64,000 nucleotides of DNA from Cyanidioschyzon merolae (taxonomy: Eukaryota): NCBI GenBank assembly GCA_000091205.1, contig AP006486.2; one strand, written 5' to 3'. The notes beneath the pieces are model-generated. The model saw only the letters and a program-made list of their open reading frames with translations, searched no databases and was not told the DNA's origin. Positions 37,421 to 48,693 of this stretch are shown piece after piece. The position numbers were made by a program, and so were the translations under genes. Every line of letters begins with the position of its first letter. The stretch's first letter is position 1.

Positions 37421-40400
37421 TAGGCTAGCATCCGCTGACCCCAAGTCGAAAGCGTTGCATGCGCCGCGGCTGGCGCCTCTAGAATGTCCGATTCGACAAG
37501 CTGGCGCAGACGATGTCGCTGCCGCATGACCTGATGCGTCCAGCCTAGTTGCTCGGCGAGGAGCATCGCTCGAGCCGCACACAGCGCTTGACGCCATCGA
37601 TCGCCGCGCGCGCATCGGTGCATTGCGTCCAAACAGTACAGAGCGGGTAGCGTGTGATCCGCCAGCTGGAAGAGGCGTGCCGCCACCTCGAAGGCGTCCC
37701 AGGCGAGCTCGCGCTGCCACCATACGAACCAGCAGTGCGCGATACATGCTGGTGACCGAACCTGTAACCATGAGTGACGCCAGCTCTGCACGAGATGAAA
37801 GAGGTGTCTGGCGGCATGCGATGGGGATTCGTCTACTGCAGAGGATGCCTGGGTAGAGTGTTCGTCGATTGCGTCCGTGGGCTTATCCGCTGGGGCGCTG
37901 GAGTCGTCGCTTGAACCCGGACATCGAAGCAAGTGCTGCAACATCCGTTCCAGAGCATCGTAAAGAGCCGCCAGGTCCCGTGTGAAAGCGTCGTCAGTAT
38001 CAGCTGGATATGATTCGGCTTCTTCGGTACTGCTTGGTGGCGTCGTTGTTTCCAACGGTGCTGCAGCGGATAGATCGGGTGATGTTGTTGCTGGTGTTGG
38101 TGCTCGTACGCAACGCCTGAGCACGGCACCGGGCAGGAGCGCACGCGCAACACATAGCTGTTGATGAAGCGTTTCGACGGCTGCAGATGTGCACCTGGGC
38201 AGCGGCGAAGCGGATAACGCTGGTTCCGGGGCAGCCTCACCGGCGCCTGTTGCACCGAGTCTGCGGGCCATTGTTCGCCGGACGGCTTCATAGATGACAT
38301 AGGTATCGTCTAATTGACTGGAAGCGCCTCGCGCATCCATGCTGTTCATGGTGTTGATGTTGGTGGTTGTAGTGGTGGCGGCGCGAACGCTGCGTCTCCA
38401 TACGCGCTCCATGGCGACTCCCAGCAGGCACAAGGCCTCGGTCGAGAACGAATCCAAAAAGGGCTGCGCGGCGTCCGATTTCGGGCAACCTCGTAAACCC
38501 GCTTGCACGAGACGAAATAAGGCAGCGCAGAGTTCCCATGGCGGTGGCGATGGCAACGGCGATGGCGGCGCTACAGTGCATGATTGTGCGATGGCCGTCG
38601 CGCGCAGCGATGCTTCTGGTGGAGCGTTCGATTCATGGAGTCTCCAAAGAAACTGACTGCACTCATCCCACAACAATCGTGCACTGTCGGGGCGCTGGGC
38701 ACGGACCCACGCCTGTAACGCATACGCGAGGCGCTGCAGGCCGGTGCGGATCCATTGCGCAGGCAAAGTCGAATGGTGGTCAGAGTCGGAGCCGGCACTC
38801 GGGGCGTCGCGAGGCCAGCTGAGCATCAGCGTATGCTGCCAGCAATGCGCTGCGGCCGCGTATGCGCTCTGGACGGAAGCATCCTGGCTGTTGGCGTCAG
38901 CATTTGATGTCGCACTCGCGGAGACGGTGCGAATGTGTTCATACAAGTCTGCAGCCGTGTTGTGAAGGACTGCAGCCGCCCAGGCACGCAGGCGCTCGCG
39001 CTCGCAAGTGTCTGCAGCTTGTCGCATACTTGATTGAGTGAGTTGCTGAAGCTGGTCTGTGGTGCTGGTAATGCTTTCCGCCACAGAGCTCAGCGTGCTA
39101 GTGTGCGTCGCTGGAGCGTGTTCCTCGACAGCGTTCGTACGCAGTCGACACACAGCAGCCCTCAGCTTCTGCTGCAACTGGGTTAGACACCACTGTGCGA
39201 GGCGCGGATCCATTGTGATCTTTTCCTGAGAAGCTGCCTGCACGACTACATGTACCAGGTATTCCTGCACGAGCGGCTGACGATGCGCCCGGCGCACGAG
39301 CACGCGCAGGGTGCTTGGTGGTTTCAATGCTCGCCAGCAGTCGCCAGGCTGCCTCTCTGGAATCGTTCCACCACGCAATGTAGCAGGATCGCGTAGTAAT
39401 AACTCGGAGAGATGGAGTACCTCTGTTGCTTGCAGCACAGTGTGCTGTTGCTGTTGCTGCTCGCAGCTGGCGTCATGCCGCTGGACTAGCGCATCGCGTT
39501 CAATTCGCCTTGCTAGCTGTTGGCATGCATTGGCGGATTCCGAGTTTGCCCAGTCCTCCAGGAGCCAATGAAGCATCCACTCGTCCTCGAGAACGCATGA
39601 CGCCAGCATCGCTCCGTCCAATGGAAGCAGTTGCTCCACGAACCAACCGAAGAGCGCGTTTCGGTCGTTCTCATCGCATGCCTCTGAGCGACCGATCTCG
39701 CATACGAGGCGCCCGAGGCAGCGCACCTGTGTCCGCGTGCGTTCCCCGAAACGAAGCGCATGCAAACGAGCTGAGATCCACAGCATGGCGCGTAGAAGCG
39801 CAGGCTCGCGGTTCCAGTAGTCGTGCATGAGCGTTTGCCAATGATGTAAATTCGACAGGAGTGCATCCCGGATTGTTTCGAAACACGATCGGGTGGTAAC
39901 CAGAGCGTGCGAACTTGGGCTCGTTCCTGCATCGTTCTGCAGTTCCGCGTAGATGCGCGTGAGCTTCGACATGACGGTGTCCGCGAGCCATCGGCCGAAT
40001 CTAATGTACAGCGAAGCAACTGCTGCATCCCTGGCCATGGTGTGGATTTCTTCCACGGAAACCGGGGCCAAGGCGTGCGTTGCCAAAAAAATCCTCAAAC
40101 CAAGGGCGGTTAGCTGCGCATCAGTGTCAGCGTCTACATCGTGGTTCATCCGCAAAGCCGTTGGGGCGTCGTTCTCGTCATGACCTTGGCCAGGCAAATC
40201 CTCGCAACGCTCAAGCGCCCACAGTACAACGGGCACCCACCGCCCGGCCTGAAGCGATGAAGCAGTGGCATTGAGCATCTCCAACTCGAAGCATTCCGGC
40301 AGCTTCCAATTCTGCCCGTTCGAGAGTCCCGACTCGAGAGCAGCAAGCGCATCACTCGCCAGAACAACCCCGACCTGACGCAGCCACGGCACTGCCATGG

Positions 40401-41109
40401 ATCCTGTTGCTCCCGCAGTGACTCGGGAAGTCGCGGCCTCGTCATGGATTGTAGTGTCGCCTCTGGGTGTTCCCATAGCGTCTGATGCTTGCAACGCTGC
40501 ATCATCTCTAGGTTCGGCTATACTACAAAAGCGTTTCTCGATGAACACCAAATGAACTGCCAATATCCACGTATACCAGTGCACAGCATCTAGTGACAGC
40601 TTCGTTGCATGCACGGATGCAGCGCACGCATCTAGACAGCGCAGCGCGAAAATCCCGCCAAACCACAAGAATCGCATGCACGCATCGCAGCACACGTATG
40701 CGTGCGCTTCACGCAGACGTGTGAGCGCTCGAGCAAGCTGCTGCAGGAACTCGAGGAGAAACTCCAGTTCAGCAGGAGTGTCTGCGCAGGTTACCGCCGG
40801 CTGGAGCGGTTGTTGCAGCCGTTGACGGCGAAAGGCGCAACGAATTCCAGCGTTTTCTGTACGGTCTCGAGATGCGACGCAACCAACTTGTTGTGTTGTC
40901 TCGGCTTGTTGGCAATGATGTTCAGCTAAAGTTTCAGACAAGGTCTTCAGGTAGCAGAGTGCCCACGTGGAGTCCTTGCACGGTCGCGTGCGCGAGCTAC
41001 TTCGTCGGCGATCGTCCAACAGGCACTTTGACTCGAAACACTTGAGCACTTGTTTGTTTTGCTCAGTTTGTGTCCCTTTTTCGCTGCATATCATACGATG
41101 CTTCCTCAT
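34153..41109 (-). CDS. ESP1: Separase (separin, peptidase C50), ~2318 aa
   Basis: The C-terminal caspase-like domain has the catalytic His in LLYCGHGTGEAYL and the catalytic Cys in AVFLMGCRSGLL. The extreme C-terminus has the conserved separase ending LRWVNAAASVVYGAPFR. The N-terminal ~1900 aa is helical repeat, as in separases. First in-frame ATG is at 41107-41109. The ORF track starts at GTG 41205. Confidence 0.85.
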
Positions 41110-41354
41110 ACGATGCCGTCTTCTGATCAGCGGCTGCTCCCAGAGTCTCCAGGTACTGGAGTAGCGCTCCCAGCAGCGGTTGTGTCGCAGCGGGCAGGCT
41201 GGCACGCACCGCGTCTCGCACTGGCGATTTGAACGGCTGCGGCTGACGTCGCGCAGGCCGTTTGCTCTCGGAGTACTTGTATATAGTTTAGTACTAATAT
41301 GTTAATATGTGTTCAGCCTTGAGAATCATACGAGAATTGTTTCTCTGACAAAAC

Positions 41355-41500
41355 ATTCACGCACGCACTGGTCGTTTCGTATGCTCTATGTGTCGCCAAG
41401 TGCCTGGCGTGAGCGCCCGCAATAGCGCCTATAGCACCGGTGTAGTCGTAGCTCGGATAAAGGATGACTATGCCGTGCACCGGAGAGTGTCGGCTTGAGA
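41355..41500 (+). repeat. Dispersed non-coding repeat, copy B (solo copy, 150-300 bp upstream of the separase start codon)
   Basis: Aligns to copy A, 5183-5350: cactggtcgtttcgtatgctctatgtgtcgccaagtgcctgg...tagcgcctatagc...gtgtcggcttgagagg. Confidence 0.65.
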
Positions 41501-44500
41501 GGATAAACTGATACACATTCAGAGACGCTTCCCAGCCGTTTTCGATCGGCCGACTGCCACCGGCTTCAGTTGCTCTTTGCACCATTCGAGCCTGAGAGGC
41601 TGCCCTACAAAGCTGGATTGCTTCAGCACCGCGTGTCTCGTCGTCAGCACCACATGTCGTCTGATCCTGATGGTGGTATTGAAGTCTTTGTTCACGAACT
41701 CCATGCGTTAGTTGCCACTAGTTGAATTCATCAATGCACGGATTCCTTGAAATCTTACCTTCTGTACCTCTGCAGGCTTGTCATCGTCAATTCGGGCAAA
41801 CACGTTTAAGCGACTGTCTCCCTTCTTCTCCGTCTTCTACGTTACCTGCTCTTCTTCTCGAAATGGTCGGAGAGAAGAGGATATTTTGGTTTCTTTGTTG
41901 AACCCGGTGTTGATTGCCCTCCGGGATTCCCGACTTATATGTCCCCAAGTTTTTCTCACATTTCTTATTTCTTCAAATGAAAGCACTTTTTGATGGCCTT
42001 CAGATGTGGACCTTACCCGACGAAGAAGGGCATGGAGAGGAAAGACGACACGTGCCCCCGTTTGTCACCGTGCCCCAGAAGCTTCAGCGATTCTCCCAGT
42101 TGAGCAGTGATTACGTTTCACGACAGAAAACTCTCCTTCGATGGGGTTGAATCACGTAGAGTGCGGAGGAATGCAAAACAGCTCTAGCCTGATGGAATTG
42201 GCAAAAGCTCGAACGCAACCGGAGTAGTGAAATGCCACGATGGCCAGTGAAGGGACCTCGCCAGACGTCAGGGGAAAGTCTTCAATGATTCGACGCAGTG
42301 GTTGATGCCATTATATGAGCCATCTCTACGAGCAAAATCTCGGGCGGCCAAATGAATCCGCTGCCGCCCGAACAAATGATGTCATCGTTCTCTGCGAGTT
42401 CGATCGTGCATACAACAGGCACCCCGCTCCGCGAATACCTGTACAGGTTACCATCGGATCGTCCGAGGGGAAGTTCATTGACTGGAAAAACAAACCGACG
42501 TTTCCGTGCTTCATACCGATCGCAACGTGCCTGCAACGCCATAATTTTGATTTCCGTCGAAGATGGCTGTGCATGCACTCGGACTTTCTTTTGCGACTAT
42601 ATCCCAGCGTTTTACGGGACCATACGAACAGGCTGCTGGGTACCGGTGACGCCCATGTCGACTCCTATTGTCGCATTTGCGTTCCATTAGGTAATCAACC
42701 GATCGCTTTCTATTCTTGAACGCAAACACGTTTTAAGAATATCGGGTTTTGGCGCGGAACGCATCACCTTCTTTCTTTAAATGTTCCTGAGCCATTCGGG
42801 TAATGTGTTATAACTGACCTGGAGGAGGAATGCAGTCCTCCTTGCACAGCTCAGTACAGAATCTATCTTAAATTCAATTCATCTACGATCTATACAGTAC
42901 ATGGCGACGTGATTTCAACCTCCTGCTATACACCCCAGCGGATGCGAAACAACATTGAGTTGAATGACTTTAAAACCCGGATGCATCGGCACCGCCAGCC
43001 TCCAAAGAAGCGATCAGCGCTCTGTTGCAGACGCGTGTACGTTCCGACTGTACTGGACCATTCTTGGCTTCGGGCGCAGCAGCTCGATCGATCCGAAGAC
43101 CTGTTGGGTAGCGAGTCTGCCTTTGGCGCTGGATTCGCCGGGTCTCGCTCGCGCAGGCAGAGCGCATAGACATGCAGGCGATGCGATACATCTACACACG
43201 TCGTTTCACGGTGCATGTGTCCTATGGATAGAAGCATCGCTCACGCGCCTGCTGGATCCGCGCTGCTGGTGAAGTTCGGCAAGGTTCCGCGAATCACGCG
43301 TTCAGAGTAACACTGGACAGGGGTCCGCCTGGAAGGCATTTTCAGCCCAGACGGATTTCTTCGTGCCTCTGGACGTGTGTGCAGTCTCATGTATGTGGTC
43401 GTTCAGTTGCGTCGAGTATACACTGCGGAATGGGGTTTTTTGGCGGCGGTCCATCGCGAGTAAGAGTAAGTCGCGTTGCCGCTAGGTATATCGGTATGCG
43501 TTTCTGGGCGTTTGGAAATGATGCTGGAGGCATTGAACCGATTCCCCAGAACACGCCCTACTGAAATTCAATGAGTTGTTCAGTACCCCGAGATACAAGC
43601 TGGCATGGCGATGACTTCATTGCAAACGCCCCGGCAACCGATGCAAATTGGCGTCCGCGCACAAGCTGTGCATGGAGGCAAGCTCCGGAGTCGATCGACC
43701 GACACAACTTGAAGAAGTAGGCGGGCACCCCAAAGCACACGTTTACGTGTGGCGCACCATCGGAATCAAGAATGATATGCTTTAACGGCGCGTAGGCCCG
43801 GGCTGCTTCTCGAGCCGACGGACGCGCGCGGACAAGCGGTCGATGCCGCAACTGCTTCCACAGGCACAAATAGATTTACGCGCTGATGTACATGCCGCCC
43901 ATTTGCACAGAAGGATCATCCCATGCGACAGACTCAGCTCTTCTTACTGCTTGTTTCTCGAGAAAATCTTTTGCTGTTACAGCACCGACGCTTCCCTGAC
44001 TCGCGATACCGCGTTCATGTGCATCCTCGGGGTATCACACGGGAGCACGGTATCGCGGTCGTCTTGGGTGCAGCGCGCATGAAGTCGTCCGACTCAAGCG
44101 CAGGCAAGAAGCAAGCAACAACTGCCGACGCTGCGCCCGCGTGCAACCCTCTGCGTCCCCGGCTCTGCCAGGGCCAAATCTTGACAACCACACAACTGAA
44201 CTATATGCAGGCGAAAAAAATCCTGTTCCTTCCTTTGAACAAACACCGCCGTCACTCTGAATTTGGCCGCAAATGAGCTCCAGGCGAGCCCCGAGCGCCC
44301 CTCATGCTGCAGCGAAGCGCACTTTCAGGGTCACCAACCGGCGATCATGTTCCTCGATCAACGGAACGTTTACACTGACCAGTCATCTCCGAGTGCGTGC
44401 TGTGGGTATCGGGAGCCTGACAGGCACCAGGCACGCTGCCGCAGGACCCAACCATAGGGGACAAAGCACATTCGTACTTGTCCTCGGCACTTTCCGACGC

Positions 44501-44717
44501 ATCGTCGCATATGCACCGGTACAGCCGTTACAATCATCGATCACAAGTGGACACCGCCACGGCGGGCATTCAAATCAGCATTGCTGCCTCGAAGCGGCGG
44601 GAATGCGCACGCGCGCTCCGCTCTACCTGTCTTCAGCTGTGCCCTGTGTGTGGACGCTACGTTTCCCGCGCACTGCGACCTTTTGCAGGTCTCGTTAAGC
44701 TAAGCGTGCGGTGCTCA

Positions 44718-45665
44718 ATGGACGAAAGAGAGAACTATCCGCCTGCTGGGAGACTGAATCGTCTTCAACTCGACGATATCGATGACGAAAACTCGGATTA
44801 TTACGAACAGCTATGGAACGAGAAGCTCCGAGCGAGAGAGCCAGAAACTAGCGGTAAGTACCTGCGGGAAGAGAGTCTGTCAGCGGCAGCAGCGGCAACC
44901 GGGGAGCCGCTTGGCGCTGGTGCTCAGATCTTTCGAAGACGGCAGTTGCAGCGGCTCCCAGTTGCTGAGCGTGCCGCGCTGGTCGCCGATGATATCTCCA
45001 GGCAACCGGAGGAAACGCCGTCTGGCAGCTCGCAACCTTTTCCGGAGCTGTATGCGATCCCGGGTGCGCTCTGGGCCGCATGGAAATCGTTTATGAATGC
45101 GCAGTGTGGTCGGCCGAGGTTTGCAGCATCGGGCTTGTCGTTGGAGGCACTGTGGCAAACCGCTCAGCGCTACAACTTTGTGTTGGCGCTTGCAGCGCTA
45201 CTTGCGGCATTACAGCTCTTCGGCTTACTGGGCGAGTTTGTTGCATTTGCATACTACATCGGCATGCCGCTGCATCGAACCTGGAGGGTGATTGCTTCAG
45301 ATGGGTCTAGTCCGCGACACTACGAGCGCTTGCGGCAGCATCTGTGTTTCTGGAATCTTGCCTGTATGCTGTGGGCGGTGCGGTTTGCGGCGGTGCGCAG
45401 CATCCTGCCTGCCTGGCAGATGCTGTTTGCAGCTCTTGGTTTGGGCAACGGCGTTGCATCGGTATGTGAGAAGGCTCTTAACCTGGGCTTCCATCTGACT
45501 TTGAATACCTTGATGTGGTGGCAACCTCAAAGCCGTTCTCCGGGCACCGTAGAGGAGTATCGCGGCGCCGAGCAGCTCTGGTACCAAGCAGTGCACCAGT
45601 GGATCATGCCGCGCCTGATACGACTTGTGGAGCGTATTCGCGAGCAGATGCAGCGGGCCGGCTAA
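44718..45665 (+). CDS. Hypothetical multi-pass membrane protein (weak REEP/Yop1/HVA22-like hydrophobic hairpin pattern)
   Basis: 315 aa from the ATG at 44718. Two long hydrophobic segments are YNFVLALAALLAALQLFGLLGEFVAFAYYIG and LCFWNLACMLWAVRFAAVRSILPAWQMLFAALGLG. There is no diagnostic motif. Confidence 0.3.
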   Translation: MDERENYPPAGRLNRLQLDDIDDENSDYYEQLWNEKLRAREPETSGKYLREESLSAAAAATGEPLGAGAQIFRRRQLQRLPVAERAALVADDISRQPEETPSGSSQPFPELYAIPGALWAAWKSFMNAQCGRPRFAASGLSLEALWQTAQRYNFVLALAALLAALQLFGLLGEFVAFAYYIGMPLHRTWRVIASDGSSPRHYERLRQHLCFWNLACMLWAVRFAAVRSILPAWQMLFAALGLGNGVASVCEKALNLGFHLTLNTLMWWQPQSRSPGTVEEYRGAEQLWYQAVHQWIMPRLIRLVERIREQMQRAG

Positions 45666-46298
45666 GTAAATGGCCCGATCATTGTCGCCGCTTGCTCACA
45701 TGGAACACGTGTTTGCTGGAGCGAAAAGCAGCGCATACTTGAGCAATGGGCACGTCGCTCGCGCAAAGCCATCTATCTTTGGTCAATTTAAAAACGACGC
45801 CACCTGCCGAGCAGCACCATTTGAACGCTGCGCCCTGTCTCGAGTGGACTTGTCTTAAAATCCCAGTCAACGTCATCCTCTGTGCATGAGCCGAAGTCAA
45901 CGCCAAGCGCACGTGCGCACGCCAGCGTGCACGCTCGTGGACAGGTCCAACTGTTTGCAGTCATCTGGCTGCCATTTGGCCAGCATCCGCGCACTCGATG
46001 ACTGGCCCAGCAGCTCACAGCCGACAACGTCAACGAACGGGATCCAGCGCAAACCCGTCGCATATGCAGCGTTCATCCTCGAAGGAATTTCAGCAAAAAG
46101 TCTCTAGCGCTTCTGTGGCAGCACGGTGCTTCCGCTGTGTGGCGTCTCGTTCGCTGCGCCCGGTTCTTTCCAAAGAAAGCATCCTGCATCGGTTTGCCAT
46201 CGTTCGGTGCAGCAGTACTGCGGCGGTCGACAGATTCACTCCGCAAGCGGAAGATATTCGTGCCCAAATGGAATCGTGGCGTAACGGCGCCGCAGAAG

Positions 46299-46634
46299 CT
46301 ACTTGGCAGCAGCTTCAGCCTCTACGGAGGCATCTGATAAAGATCCCGCGTCGCGCAAGGCACTTGGTGTCACTGGCTCGGACTCGGATGTTGAAGAAAC
46401 AATTCCAGCGTCAAGCAAGAGATCATAGAGCCGTCGCTTCTCCGGATGCGTCAGTACTCGATAGGCGTGCTCGACCCGAGCGAAGGCTCCGGCGTCGCCG
46501 GCCTGGCGGTCCGGGTGCAGTGCCCGCGCCCGCTCTCGGAAGGCAGCACGCAGCTCGGTCAGAGACGCGTCGCGGGGAACACCCAGACACTGGTACAAGT
46601 CTCGGGTGCCTTCGGGCGTGCCACTCGTTTCCAT
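46299..46634 (-). CDS. Small J-domain (DnaJ-like) protein
   Basis: J-domain DLYQCLGVPRDASLTELRAAFRERARALHPDRQAGDAGAFARVEHAYRVLTHPEKRRLYD, with the HPD tripeptide. First in-frame ATG is at 46632-46634. The ORF track extends to GTG 46703. Confidence 0.7.
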   Translation of the reverse strand: METSGTPEGTRDLYQCLGVPRDASLTELRAAFRERARALHPDRQAGDAGAFARVEHAYRVLTHPEKRRLYDLLLDAGIVSSTSESEPVTPSALRDAGSLSDASVEAEAAAK

Positions 46635-47289
46635 GTCCCAGACGTTACGCAGTTCGGCGCTTTGTAGCGGCTCGCAGCTCCACCTGGCTCGTGGAGCACG
46701 CACCGAACAACGGAAGCGCCCAGCACACCTGCCTCACCAGAACGCACTCGTCAACGCCCCAGAAGAAAAGTTTTCTATGAACTTTTGGTTGCAGGAATTG
46801 CGGTTGAAGCCGTCTATGCAGTTAGTCTAGAAAACTCGTCTGCTCGGTTCGGAAAACGCAACGCTCAAATGATAATGTGGATTTGTGGTGCATACAAAGG
46901 CCAGATGATGCATAACACATCAGAAGGATGGCCTGCGCTTGTGCCCAATGAAAGCAGCATACAGACCTGCTCGCCTTGCTCTTGCCATAATGTTATTCTC
47001 CAAACGATTTCTAGATGTGCGTCCTCGACATTCCAAGTGCAGGAATAAGGGCTTGCGGATGCGTATGTGGTTCAGGGATTCTCAGTTGGGTTTTTTTCGG
47101 AGTGGCTACTTCGATGATTTGCCACTGGAATTGGCGACCACACCTGTATCAAGATTATTCGAACCGCGTTCAGACAAGGGATCGTGCAATACCCGAAGTC
47201 ATTAACTGATTCATATCCAGAGACCTGTACGCTTCTCCTGTCCATTCGTGTACCATGATCAAATAATATAGTCTTTACGCGTTAGTTGG

Positions 47290-48100
47290 TTATGTTTCAA
47301 GGCGACTTGAGGGCGCCGCCATTCGCGTCATCGGCTTGAAGACGAAAGATATTCTGCGCCATTCCTTGACGATTTCATCACAAGTTCATGCCGAAAGTTC
47401 GATGAACTTTTCAAGTCAAATAATCGATTTTGTTCGCGGGATAAAATCACCTTTTTTCTATCTATGGAACGGCATTCGAGGTCTGCACGATACATCTCAG
47501 GGGATACGCGCCCCCGGAGGCACCCGTCTCTTGCGCTTGCATGGAAAATGCGCCGTGGACAATGACCTGACTCATCGCAGCGATCGCTTCGAGTGGAGCG
47601 AGCGTCACCGCGCAGCATGATGGATGCTGAGACGGATCGAAAGTTCTCAACTTGCTCTCCATTCTGGGTTCTCTTTCCGATACTTATTTGATCACGGACA
47701 ACATCGCGATCCACAAATCCTTTATCGAATGGAACAGAATATGCTTCGCTACGCAGCATTCAGAGCACCCGCCGAGTTGCTCGTACAGAAGAACCTAATG
47801 ATCGTAGGGTATATCACCGGGCACTGAAACGGAGAAGGGTATCGAGGTGAGCATTCCGTGCCGGGCCCGGGTACGAACGAAAGATCAGGCCGGCGTTGAA
47901 GCGCCACCGGGCGGCGCTCAGCGGATGATGATGAGGAGCAGGTTCCTTGGTCACATGGGAACACCTGACGACTCTCGAGTGTTACAGCTGTGAAAGGCGC
48001 ACCGAGGCCGTATGAAAACAAGATGTCATGGTTAACCGAAGCGTAGATGCCAACTTCTGCCTCCGCATGAAAGCCGTCGACAGCAACCGCAAGCAACGAT
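47290..48100 (-). repeat. Left arm of a ~800-bp inverted repeat pair, repeat-family copy 1; shows frameshift-interrupted coding potential
   Basis: Aligns at ~75-80% with the reverse complement of 51286-52100. Shared peptides are ...LGAPF(T/A)AVT... and F(D/E)KGFV(D/E)R..V.D.ISIG. It is read in several frames. Confidence 0.75.
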
Positions 48101-48429
48101 GCCTGAACTTTAACCCTGACATCAAGAGCCCTCGACTGCTAACAACGGAACCTGAGCGAGAGGAGAATCCGGCGTGTAGAAAGCCGGAGATAACACAGAG
48201 GAAAAGGAAGGCGTCACAGAGTAAGCCCGCACAAGCTGGTGTTGCTTACACTCTGAAAGGCCCTGGACTTGAGTGTATGCGGTCGAGTTCATGGACATAT
48301 CTGGTTTGAGGCTGGTGTGAATGTGAGCCCCAGCTCGACGCTGATTCCCGTCGGCTGCGCAGACATCGGTACGACAACTCCGCACAAGAATTCTAGATTC
48401 TAGAGCGCTCGACCGACGTGGTAACGGAT

Positions 48430-48693
48430 ATGTTGGTGCGAGTCCTGTTGTTTGCGGCCTGTCGCAGGGCTGTAGAGAACAAAGACTCGATCGTCGTAGA
48501 GGTGCCTGCTGAACTAGACAACGACGGCCGCGAGTACTGTACTGTGGAGACGCTAAGGAAGCGCCTCCCAGAGGTGTTGCAGAAACTCGCTGCTCACTCG
48601 GCGGTCGCAGTGAATCTTGAGTATGCGGAAGCGTGGCAACGAGTTTACAGCCAGGATGAAGTTGCGCTGATTCCTCCTGTTAGCGGTGGCTAG
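48430..48693 (+). CDS. MOCS2A: Molybdopterin synthase sulfur-carrier subunit MoaD/MOCS2A
   Basis: 87 aa: MLVRVLLFAACRRAVENKDSIVVEVPAE...CTVETLRKRL...AVAVNLEYAEAWQRVYSQDEVALIPPVSGG. It is colinear with bacterial MoaD (MIKVLFFAQVRELVG...TVEALRQHM...DEVAFFPPVTGG), including the terminal Gly-Gly. The ATG is at 48430. The ORF track starts at GTG 48418. Confidence 0.8.
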   Translation: MLVRVLLFAACRRAVENKDSIVVEVPAELDNDGREYCTVETLRKRLPEVLQKLAAHSAVAVNLEYAEAWQRVYSQDEVALIPPVSGG

